This document shows positions 1 through 10,881 of a stretch of DNA of 64,000 nucleotides, piece after piece. Position 1 is the stretch's first letter. Each line of letters starts with the position of its first letter. Made by a program: the position numbers and the translations under genes. The stretch is taken from assembly GCA_964057225.1 (NCBI GenBank), contig OZ059895.1, forward strand, positions 20,088,001 to 20,152,000. The letters are read 5' to 3'. The notes under the pieces are model-generated. The model worked only from the letters and a program-made list of their open reading frames with translations. It was not told the DNA's origin and ran no database searches. This stretch comes from Auanema rhodensis (Eukaryota; Animalia; Nematoda).

Positions 1-272
1 AAAAAAAGGAATCTAAAAACATCTACTTCTTGCTAAATTATTTTGAAATTTTTCGAAAAAATTTTTGTCAAAATGTTTTTGGAAGCAATATTGAGTGTAC
101 ATGGAAACTCAACATACACTAATGCATCATTTTTCAAACGATCATAACTAATTTTTGTATTGAGCGTTTCTCAGTGTAGTATAGTGGATTCGATGCGGAT
201 TTTTAAGCTGCGTCGATCTGTGTTATCAGATTTGCGCTAGCTTAAAAATGCACCGAGATATCAACTGATATA

Positions 273-360
273 AGTTCACACTTAGATCCTCGATTTTCAC
301 CCTGAAGAATTAATTTTTTCGTTGAATAACAATGTCCATCGTCTTTGCCTTGAAAAAAGA
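273..360. repeat. Subtype-B diagnostic block (6 linked SNPs), first instance
   Basis: B versus A: m273 A/T, m285 G/T, m310 T/A, m312 A/T, m332 A/T, and next-monomer m9 A/G. About 34 of 182 monomers carry a full or partial B block. Confidence 0.9.
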
Positions 361-1452
361 AATCTAAAAACATCTACTTCTTGCTAAATTATTTTGAAAT
401 TTTTCGAAAAAATTTTTGTCAAAATGTTTTTGGAAGCAATGTTGAGTGTACATGGAAACTCAACATACACTAATGCATCATTTTTCAAACGATCATAACT
501 AATTTTTGTATTGAGCGTTTCTCAGTGTAGTATAGTGGATTCGATGCGGATTTTTAAGCTGCGTCGATCTGTGTTATCAGATTTGCGCTAGCTTAAAAAT
601 GCACCGAGATATCAACTGATATAAGTTCACACTTAGATCCTCGATTTTCACCCTGAAGAATTAATTTTTTCGTTGAATAACAATGTCCATCGTCTTTGCC
701 TTAAAAAAAGAAATCTAAAAACATCTACTTCTTGCTAAATTATTTTGAAATTTTTCGAAAAAATTTTTGTCAAAATGTTTTTGGAAGCAATGTTGAGTGT
801 ACATGGAAACTCAACATACACTAATGCATCATTTTTCAAACGATCATAACTAATTTTTGTATTGAGCATTTCTCAATGTAGTATAGTGCATTCGATGCGG
901 ATTTTTAAGCTGCGTCGATCTGTGTTATCAGATTTGCGCTAGCTTAAAAATGCACCGAGATATCAACTGATATATGTTCACACTTATATCCTCGATTTTC
1001 ACCCTGAAGAAATTATTTTTTCGTTGAATAACATTGTCCATCGTCTTTGCCTTGAAAAAAGGAATCTAAAAACATCTTCTTTTTGCTAAATTATTTTGAA
1101 ATTTTTCGAAAAAATTTTTGTCAAAATGTTTTTGGAAGCAATGTTGAGTGTACATGGAAACTCAACATACACTAATGCATCATTTTTCAAACGATCATAA
1201 CTAATTTTTGTATTAAGCGTTTCTCAATGTAGTATAGTGCATTCGATGCGGATTTTTAAGCTGCGTCGATCTGTGTTATCAGATTTGCTCTAGCTTAAAA
1301 ATGCACCGAGATATCAACTGATATATGTTCACACTTATATCCTCGATTTTCACCCTGAAGAAATTATTTTTTCGTTGAATAACATTGTCCATCGTCTTTG
1401 CCTTGAAAAAAGGAATCTAAAAACATCTACTTCTTGCTAAATTATTTTGAAA

Positions 1453-1464
1453 TTTTTCGAAAAA
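1453..1464. other. Perfect 12-bp palindrome TTTTTCGAAAAA (m49-60), present in most monomers
   Basis: Read directly. It is flanked by the inverted repeat ATTTTGA (m40-46) / TCAAAAT (m68-74). Confidence 0.9.
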
Positions 1465-1491
1465 ATTTTTGTCAAAATGTTTTTGGAAGCA

Positions 1492-1519
1492 ATGTTGAGT
1501 GTACATGGAAACTCAACAT
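1492..1519. other. 9-bp perfect inverted repeat ATGTTGAGT-N10-ACTCAACAT (m88-115)
   Basis: The arms are exact reverse complements and intact in all but about 4 monomers (M1, M6, M179, M180). Confidence 0.9.
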
Positions 1520-1602
1520 ACACTAATGCATCATTTTTCAAACGATCATAACTAATTTTTGTATTGAGCGTTTCTCAATGTAGTATAGTGCATTCGATGC
1601 GG

Positions 1603-1653
1603 ATTTTTAAGCTGCGTCGATCTGTGTTATCAGATTTGCGCTAGCTTAAAAAT
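1603..1653. other. 51-nt potential hairpin/cruciform (m199-249)
   Basis: ATTTTTAAGCT / AGCTTAAAAAT is an 11-bp perfect inverted repeat, continued inward by GCG/CGC and ATCTG/CAGAT around a TGTTAT loop. Confidence 0.85.
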
Positions 1654-1670
1654 GCACCGAGATATCAACT

Positions 1671-1692
1671 GATATATGTTCACACTTATATC
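1671..1692. other. 9-bp inverted repeat with one mismatch and a 4-nt loop (m267-288)
   Basis: Type A GATATATGT-TCAC-ACTTATATC; type B GATATAAGT-TCAC-ACTTAGATC. It overlaps the dyad ATATCA-AC-TGATAT (m258-271). Confidence 0.8.
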
Positions 1693-3159
1693 CTCGATTT
1701 TCACCCTGAAGAAATTATTTTTTCGTTGAATAACATTGTCCATCGTCTTTGCCTTGAAAAAAGGAATCTAAAAACATCTACTTCTTGCTAAATTATTTTG
1801 AAATTTTTCGAAAAAATGTTTGTCAAAATGTTTTTGGAAGCAATATTGAGTGTACATGGAAACTCAACATACACTAATGCATCATTTTTCAAACGATCAT
1901 AACTAATTTTTGTATTGAGCGTTTCTCAATGTAGTATAGTGCATTCGATGCGGATTTTTAAGCTGCGTCGATCTGTGTTATCAGATTTGCGCTAGCTTAA
2001 AAATGCACCGAGATATCAACTGATATATGTTCACACTTATATCCTCGATTTTCACCCTGAAGAAATTATTTTTTCGTTGAATAACATTGTCCATCGTCTT
2101 TGCCTTGAAAAAAGGAATCTAAAAACATCTACTTCTTGCTGAATTATTTTGAAATTTTTCGAAAAAATTTTTGTCAAAATGTTTTTGGAAGCAATGTTGA
2201 GTGTACATGGAAACTCAACATACACTAATGCATCATTTTTCAAACGATCATAACTAATTTTTGTATTGAGCGTTTCTCGATGTAGTATAGTGCATCCGAT
2301 GCGGATTTTTAAGCTGCGTCGATCTGTGTTATCAGATTTGCGCTAGCTTAAAAATGCACCGAGATATCAACTGATATAAGTTCACACTTAGATCCTCGAT
2401 TTTCACCCTGAAGAATTAATTTTTTCGTTGAATAACAATGTCCATCGTCTTTGCCTTGAAAAAAGAAATCTAAAAACATCTACTTCTTGCTAAATTATTT
2501 TGAAATTTTTCGAAAAAATTTTTGTCAAAATGTTTTTGGAAGCAATGTTGAGTGTACATGGAAACTCAACATACACTAATGCATCATTTTTCAAACGATC
2601 ATAACTAATTTTTGTATTGAGCGTTTCTCGATGTAGTATAGTGCATCCGATGCGGATTTTTAAGCTGCGTCGATCTGTGTTATCAGATTTGCTCTAGCTT
2701 AAAAATGCACCGAGATATCAACTGATATATGTTCACACTTATATCCTCGATTTTCACCCTGAAGAAATTATTTTTTCGTTGAATAACATTGTCCATCGTC
2801 TTTGCCTTGAAAAAAGGAATCTAAAAACATCTACTTCTTGCTAAATTATTTTGAAATTTTTCGAAAAAATTTTTGTCAAAATGTTTTTGGAAGCAATGTT
2901 GAGTGTACATGGAAACTCAACATACACTAATGCATCATTTTTCAAACGATCATAACTAATTTTTGTATTGAGCGTTTCTCAATGTAGTATAGTGCATTCG
3001 ATGCGGATTTTTAAGCTGCGTCGATCTGTGTTATCAGATTTGCGCTAGCTTAAAAATGCACCGAGATATCAACTGATATATGTTCACACTTATATCCTCG
3101 ATTTTCACCCTGAAGAAATTATTTTTTCGTTGAATAACATTGTCCATCGTCTTTGCCTT

Positions 3160-5967
3160 GAAAAAAGGAATCTAAAAACATCTACTTCTTGCTAAATTAT
3201 TTTGAAATTTTTCGAAAAAATTTTTGTCAAAATGTTTTTGGAAGCAATGTTGAGTGTACATGGAAACTCAACATACACTAATGCATCATTTTTCAAACGA
3301 TCATAACTAATTTTTGTATTGAGCGTTTCTCAATGTAGTATAGTAAATTCGATGCGGATTTTTAAGCTGCGTCGATCTGTGTTATCAGATTTGCGCTAGC
3401 TTAAAAATGCACCGAGATATCAACTGATATAAGTTCACACTTAGATCCTCGATTTTCACCCTGAAGAATTAATTTTTTCGTTGAATAACAATGTCCATCG
3501 TCTTTGCCTTGAAAAAAGAAATCTAAAAACATCTACTTCTTGCTAAATTATTTTGAAATTTTTCGAAAAAATTTTTGTCAAAATGTTTTTGGAAGCAATG
3601 TTGAGTGTACATGGAAACTCAACATACACTAATGCATCATTTTTCAAACGATCATAACTAATTTTTGTATTGAGCGTTTCTCAATGTAGTATAGTGCATT
3701 CGATGCGGATTTTTAAGCTGCGTCGATCTGTGTTATCAGATTTGCGCTAGCTTATAAATGCACCGAGATATCAACTGATATATGTTCACACTTATATCCT
3801 CGATTTTCACCCTGAAGAAATTATTTTTTCGTTGAATAACATTGTCCATCGTCTTTGCCTTGAAAAAAGGAATCTAAAAACATCTACTTCTTGCTAAATT
3901 ATTTTGAAATTTTTCGAAAAAATTTTTGTCAAAATGTTTTTGGAAGCAATGTTGAGTGTACATGGAAACTCAACATACACTAATGCATCATTTTTCAAAC
4001 GATCATAACTAATTTTTGTATTGAGCGTTTCTCAAAGTAGTATAGTAAATTCGATGCGGATTTTTAAGCTGCGTCGATCTGTGTTATCAGATTTGCGCTA
4101 GCTTAAAAATGCACCGAGATATCAACTGATATAAGTTCACACTTAGATCCTCGATTTTCACCCTGAAGAATTAATTTTTTCGTTGAATAACAATGTCCAT
4201 CGTCTTTGCCTTGAAAAAAGAAATCTAAAAACATCTACTTCTTGCTAAATTATTTTGAAATTTTTCGAAAAAATTTTTGTCAAAATGTTTTTGGAAGCAA
4301 TGTTGAGTGTACATGGAAACTCAACATACACTAATGCATCATTTTTCAAACGATCATAACTAATTTTTGTATTGAGCGTTTCTCAATGTAGTATAGTGCA
4401 TTCGATGCGGATTTTTAAGCTGCGTCGATCTGTGTTATCAGATTTGCGCTAGCTTAAAAATGCACCGAGATATCAACTGATATATGTTCACACTTATATC
4501 CTCGATTTTCACCCTGAAGAAATTATTTTTTCGTTGAATAACATTGTCCATCGTCTTTGCCTTGAAAAAAGGAATCTAAAAACATCTACTTCTTGCTAAA
4601 TTATTTTGAAATTTTTCGAAAAAATTTTTGTCAAAATGTTTTTGGAAGCAATGTTGAGTGTACATGGAAACTCAACATACACTAATGCATCATTTTTCAA
4701 ACGATCATAACTAATTTTTGTATTGAGCGTTTCTCAATGTAGTATAGTAAATTCGATGCGGATTTTTAAGCTGCGTCGATCTGTGTTATCAGATTTGCGC
4801 TAGCTTAAAAATGCACCGAGATATCAACTGATATAAGTTCACACTTAGATCCTCGATTTTCACCCTGAAGAATTAATTTTTTCGTTGAATAACAATGTCC
4901 ATCGTCTTTGCCTTGAAAAAAGAAATCTAAAAACATCTACTTCTTGCTAAATTATTTTGAAATTTTTCGAAAAAATTTTTGTCAAAATGTTTTTGGAAGC
5001 AATGTTGAGTGTACATGGAAACTCAACATACACTAATGCATCATTTTTCAAACGATCATAACTAATTTTTGTATTGAGCGTTTCTCAATGTAGTATAGTG
5101 CATTCGATGCGGATTTTTAAGCTGCGTCGATCTGTGTTATCAGATTTGCGCTAGCTTATAAATGCACCGAGATATCAACTGATATATGTTCACACTTATA
5201 TCCTCGATTTTCACCCTGAAGAAATTATTTTTTCGTTGAATAACATTGTCCATCGTCTTTGCCTTGAAAAAAGGAATCTAAAAACATCTACTTCTTGCTA
5301 AATTATTTTGAAATTTTTCGAAAAAATTTTTGTCAAAATGTTTTTGGAAGCAATGTTGAGTGTACATGGAAACTCAACATACACTAATGCATCATTTTTC
5401 AAACGATCATAACTAATTTTTGTATTGAGCGTTTCTCAAAGTAGTATAGTAAATTCGATGCGGATTTTTAAGCTGCGTCGATCTGTGTTATCAGATTTGC
5501 GCTAGCTTAAAAATGCACCGAGATATCAACTGATATAAGTTCACACTTAGATCCTCGATTTTCACCCTGAAGAATTAATTTTTTCGTTGAATAACAATGT
5601 CCATCGTCTTTGCCTTGAAAAAAGAAATCTAAAAACATCTACTTCTTGCTAAATTATTTTGAAATTTTTCGAAAAAATTTTTGTCAAAATGTTTTTGGAA
5701 GCAATGTTGAGTGTACATGGAAACTCAACATACACTAATGCATCATTTTTCAAACGATCATAACTAATTTTTGTATTGAGCGTTTCTCAATGTAGTATAG
5801 TGCATTCGATGCGGATTTTTAAGCTGCGTCGATCTGTGTTATCAGATTTGCGCTAGCTTAAAAATGCACCGAGATATCAACTGATATATGTTCACACTTA
5901 TATCCTCGATTTTCACCCTGAAGAAATTATTTTTTCGTTGAATAACATTGTCCATCGTCTTTGCCTT
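3160..5967. repeat. 4-mer higher-order repeat (1404 bp) x2, M10-13 / M14-17
   Basis: Private variants repeat at 1404-bp spacing: TAGTAAATTC+B (M10, M14), CTTATAAATG (M11, M15), CTCAAAG+TAGTAAAT+B (M12, M16). Confidence 0.9.
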
Positions 5968-8900
5968 GAAAAAAGGAATCTAAAAACATCTACTTCTTGC
6001 TAAATTATTTTGAAATTTTTCGAAAAAATTTTTGTCAAAATGTTTTTGGAAGCAATGTTGAGTGTACATGGAAACTCAACATACACTAATGCATCATTTT
6101 TCAAACGATCATAACTAATTTTTGTATTAAGCGTTTCTCAATGTAGTATAGTGCATTCGATGCGGATTTTTAAGCTGCGTCGATCTGTGTTATCAGATTT
6201 GCGCTAGCTTAAAAATGCACCGAGATATCAACTGATATAAGTTCACACTTAGATCCTCGATTTTCACCCTGAAGAATTAATTTTTTCGTTGAATAACAAT
6301 GTCCATCGTCTTTGCCTTGAAAAAAGAAATCTAAAAACATCTACTTTTTGCTAAATTATTTTGAAATTTTTCGAAAAAATTTTTGTCAAAATGTTTTTGG
6401 AAGCAATGTTGAGTGTACATGGAAACTCAACATACACTAATGCATCATTTTTCAAACGATCATAACTAATTTTTGTATTGAGCGTTTCTCAATGTAGTAT
6501 AGTGCATTCGATGCGGATTTTTAAGCTGCGTCGATCTGTGTTATCAGATTTGCGCTAGCTTAAAAATGCACCGAGATATCAACTGATATATGTTCACACT
6601 TATATCCTCGATTTTCACCCTGAAGAAATTATTTTTTCGTTGAATAACATTGTCCATCGTCTTTGCCTTGAAAAAAGGAATCTAAAAACATCTACTTCTT
6701 GCTAAATTATTTTGAAATTTTTCGAAAAAATTTTTGTCAAAATGTTTTTGGAAGCAATGTTGAGTGTACATGGAAACTCAACATACACTAATGCATCATT
6801 TTTCAAACGATCATAACTAATTTTTGTATTGAGCGTTTCTCAATGTAGTATAGTGCATTCGATGCGGATTTTTAAGCTGCGTCGATCTGTGTTATCAGAT
6901 TTGCGCTAGCTTAAAAATGCACCGAGATATCAACTGATATATGTTCACACTTAGATCCTCGATTTTCACCCTGAAGAATTAATTTTTTCGTTGAATAACA
7001 ATGTCCATCGTCTTTGCCTTGAAAAAAGAAATCTAAAAACATCTACTTTTTGCTAAATTATTTTGAAATTTTTCGAAAAAATTTTTGTCAAAATGTTTTT
7101 GGAAGCAATGTTGAGTGTACATGGAAACTCAACATACACTAATGCATCATTTTTCAAACGATCATAACTAATTTTTGTATTGAGCGTTTCTCAATGTAGT
7201 ATAGTGCATTCGATGCGGATTTTTAAGCTGCGTCGATCTGTGTTATCAGATTTGCGCTAGCTTAAAAATGCACCGAGATATCAACTGATATATGTTCACA
7301 CTTATATCCTCGATTTTCACCCTGAAGAAATTATTTTTTCGTTGAATAACATTGTCCATCGTCTTTGCCTTGAAAAAAGGAATCTAAAAACATCTACTTC
7401 TTGCTAAATTATTTTGAAATTTTTCGAAAAAATTTTTGTCAAAATGTTTTTGGAAGCAATGTTGAGTGTACATGGAAACTCAACATACACTAATGCATCA
7501 TTTTTCAAACGATCATAACTAATTTTTGTATTAAGCGTTTCTCAATGTAGTATAGTGCATTCGATGCGGATTTTTAAGCTGCGTCGATCTGTGTTATCAG
7601 ATTTGCGCTAGCTTAAAAATGCACCGAGATATCAACTGATATAAGTTCACACTTAGATCCTCGATTTTCACCCTGAAGAATTAATTTTTTCGTTGAATAA
7701 CAATGTCCATCGTCTTTGCCTTGAAAAAAGAAATCTAAAAACATCTACTTTTTGCTAAATTATTTTGAAATTTTTCGAAAAAATTTTTGTCAAAATGTTT
7801 TTGGAAGCAATGTTGAGTGTACATGGAAACTCAACATACACTAATGCATCATTTTTCAAACGATCATAACTAATTTTTGTATTAAGCGTTTCTCAATGTA
7901 GTATAGTGCATTCGATGCGGATTTTTAAGCTGCGTCGATCTGTGTTATCAGATTTGCGCTAGCTTAAAAATGCACCGAGATATCAACTGATATAAGTTCA
8001 CACTTAGATCCTCGATTTTCACCCTGAAGAATTAATTTTTTCGTTGAATAACAATGTCCATCGTCTTTGCCTTGAAAAAAGAAATCTAAAAACATCTACT
8101 TTTTGCTAAATTATTTTGAAATTTTTCGAAAAAATTTTTGTCAAAATGTTTTTGGAAGCAATGTTGAGTGTACATGGAAACTCAACATACACTAATGCAT
8201 CATTTTTCAAACGATCATAACTAATTTTTGTATTGAGCGTTTCTCAATGTAGTATAGTGCATTCGATGCGGATTTTTAAGCTGCGTCGATCTGTGTTATC
8301 AGATTTGCGCTAGCTTAAAAATGCACCGAGATATCAACTGATATATGTTCACACTTATATCCTCGATTTTCACCCTGAAGAAATTATTTTTTCGTTGAAT
8401 AACATTGTCCATCGTCTTTGCCTTGAAAAAAGGAATCTAAAAACATCTACTTCTTGCTAAATTATTTTGAAATTTTTCGAAAAAATTTTTGTCAAAATGT
8501 TTTTGGAAGCAATGTTGAGTGTACATGGAAACTCAACATACACTAATGCATCATTTTTCAAACGATCATAACTAATTTTTGTATTAAGCGTTTCTCAATG
8601 TAGTATAGTGCATTCGATGCGGATTTTTAAGCTGCGTCGATCTGTGTTATCAGATTTGCGCTAGCTTAAAAATGCACCGAGATATCAACTGATATAAGTT
8701 CACACTTAGATCCTCGATTTTCACCCTGAAGAATTAATTTTTTCGTTGAATAACAATGTCCATCGTCTTTGCCTTGAAAAAAGAAATCTAAAAACATCTA
8801 CTTTTTGCTAAATTATTTTGAAATTTTTCGAAAAAATTTTTGTCAAAATGTTTTTGGAAGCAATGTTGAGTGTACATGGAAACTCAACATACACTAATGC

Positions 8901-10881
8901 ATCATTTTTCAAACGATCATAACTAATTTTTGTATTGAGCGTTTCTCAATGTAGTATAGTGCATTCGATGCGGATTTTTAAGCTGCGTCGATCTGTGTTA
9001 TCAGATTTGCGCTAGCTTAAAAATGCACCGAGATATCAACTGATATATGTTCACACTTATATCCTCGATTTTCACCCTGAAGAAATTATTTTTTCGTTGA
9101 ATAACATTGTCCATCGTCTTTGCCTTGAAAAAAGGAATCTAAAAACATCTACTTCTTGCTAAATTATTTTGAAATTTTTCGAAAAAATTTTTGTCAAAAT
9201 GTTTTTGGAAGCAATGTTGAGTGTACATGGAAACTCAACATACACTAATGCATCATTTTTCAAACGATCATAACTAATTTTTGTATTGAGCGTTTCTCAA
9301 TGTAGTATAGTGCATTCGATGCGGATTTTTAAGCTGCGTCGATCTGTGTTATCAGATTTGCGCTAGCTTAAAAATGCACCGAGATATCAACTGATATATG
9401 TTCACACTTATATCCTCGATTTTCACCCTGAAGAAATTATTTTTTCGTTGAATAACATTGTCCATCGTCTTTGCCTTGAAAAAAGGAATCTAAAAACATC
9501 TACTTCTTGCTAAATTATTTTGAAATTTTTCGAAAAAATTTTTGTCAAAATGTTTTTGGAAGCAATGTTGAGTGTACATGGAAACTCAACATACACTAAT
9601 GCATCATTTTTCAAACGATCATAACTAATTTTTGTATTAAGCGTTTCTCAATGTAGTATAGTGCATTCGATGCGGATTTTTAAGCTGCGTCGATCTGTGT
9701 TATCAGATTTGCGCTAGCTTAAAAATGCACCGAGATATCAACTGATATAAGTTCACACTTAGATCCTCGATTTTCACCCTGAAGAATTAATTTTTTCGTT
9801 GAATAACAATGTCCATCGTCTTTGCCTTGAAAAAAGAAATCTAAAAACATCTACTTTTTGCTAAATTATTTTGAAATTTTTCGAAAAAATTTTTGTCAAA
9901 ATGTTTTTGGAAGCAATGTTGAGTGTACATGGAAACTCAACATACACTAATGCATCATTTTTCAAACGATCATAACTAATTTTTGTATTGAGCGTTTCTC
10001 AATGTAGTATAGTGCATTCGATGCGGATTTTTAAGCTGCGTCGATCTGTGTTATCAGATTTGCGCTAGCTTAAAAATGCACCGAGATATCAACTGATATA
10101 TGTTCACACTTATATCCTCGATTTTCACCCTGAAGAAATTATTTTTTCGTTGAATAACATTGTCCATCGTCTTTGCCTTGAAAAAAGGAATCTAAAAACA
10201 TCTACTTCTTGCTAAATTATTTTGAAATTTTTCGAAAAAATTTTTGTCAAAATGTTTTTGGAAGCAATGTTGAGTGTACATGGAAACTCAACATACACTA
10301 ATGCATCATTTTTCAAACGATCATAACTAATTTTTGTATTAAGCGTTTCTCAATGTAGTATAGTGCATTCGATGCGGATTTTTAAGCTGCGTCGATCTGT
10401 GTTATCAGATTTGCGCTAGCTTAAAAATGCACCGAGATATCAACTGATATAAGTTCACACTTAGATCCTCGATTTTCACCCTGAAGAATTAATTTTTTCG
10501 TTGAATAACAATGTCCATCGTCTTTGCCTTGAAAAAAGAAATCTAAAAACATCTACTTTTTGCTAAATTATTTTGAAATTTTTTGAAAAAATTTTTGTCA
10601 AAATGTTTTTGGAAGCAATGTTGAGTGTACATGGAAACTCAACATACACTAATGCATCATTTTTCAAACGATCATAACTAATTTTTGTATTGAGCGTTTC
10701 TCAATGTAGTATAGTGCATTCGATGCGGATTTTTAAGCTGCGTCGATCTGTGTTATCAGATTTGCGCTAGCTTAAAAATGCACCGAGATATCAACTGATA
10801 TATGTTCACACTTATATCCTCGATTTTCACCCTGAAGAAATTATTTTTTCGTTGAATAACATTGTCCATCGTCTTTGCCTT
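5968..10881. repeat. Irregular dimeric (702 bp) higher-order domain, M18-31
   Basis: TATTAAGCG+B monomers alternate with TACTTTTTGC+A monomers (M18/19, M25/26, M28/29, M30/31), with hybrids at M20 and M23 and an extra consensus unit at M27. Confidence 0.8.

Larger units (their letters stand above)
1405..1755. repeat. Representative consensus (subtype A) monomer, 351 bp
   Basis: Identical to the most common monomer, e.g. the copies at 2809, 30532-31584 and 54049-55452. Hand count: 112 G+C of 351, 12 CpG, many A/T tracts. Confidence 0.95.

Noticed and set aside
1706-1712. Hammerhead ribozyme core (CTGAAGA = CUGANGA), as known in some satellites
   Set aside because: I could not build stem II between it and any downstream GAAA, nor stem I. 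The candidate stem III (ATGTTGAGT / GAA-ACTCAACAT) would give a GUG rather than an NUH cleavage triplet. An Infernal search against the Rfam hammerhead models would settle it.
1721-1737. CENP-B-box-like TTTCGTTGAATAACATT
   Set aside because: It matches TTCG and the central A (5 of 9 core positions) but lacks the essential CGGG half.
1405-1755. Internal 2x175 or 3x117 sub-repeat structure
   Set aside because: The halves show no similarity. At offset 117 only one short AT-rich match appears (GATCATAACTAATTTTTGT vs GATATCAACTGATATATGT, 13/19) and it does not extend, so it is likely chance.
1405-1755. Assignment to a named ~350-360 bp satellite family (e.g. Drosophila 1.688, tenebrionid beetle satellites)
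   Set aside because: Only size and AT content are similar. I do not recognise sequence identity and cannot run a database search.
1405-1755. Tandem 5S rRNA, tRNA, snRNA or spliced-leader gene array
   Set aside because: I could not recognise a 5S or tRNA fold, pol III A/B/C boxes or a leader exon. AATTTTTG (m150-157) looks like an Sm site but is expected by chance in this composition.
2052-2243. 63-aa minus-strand ORF from the ORF track
   Set aside because: It exists only because a singleton A>G at 2141 turns the minus-strand TAG into CAG. The other monomers I read have the stop there. The peptide is F/K/I/N-rich, as expected from AT-rich DNA, with no recognisable domain.
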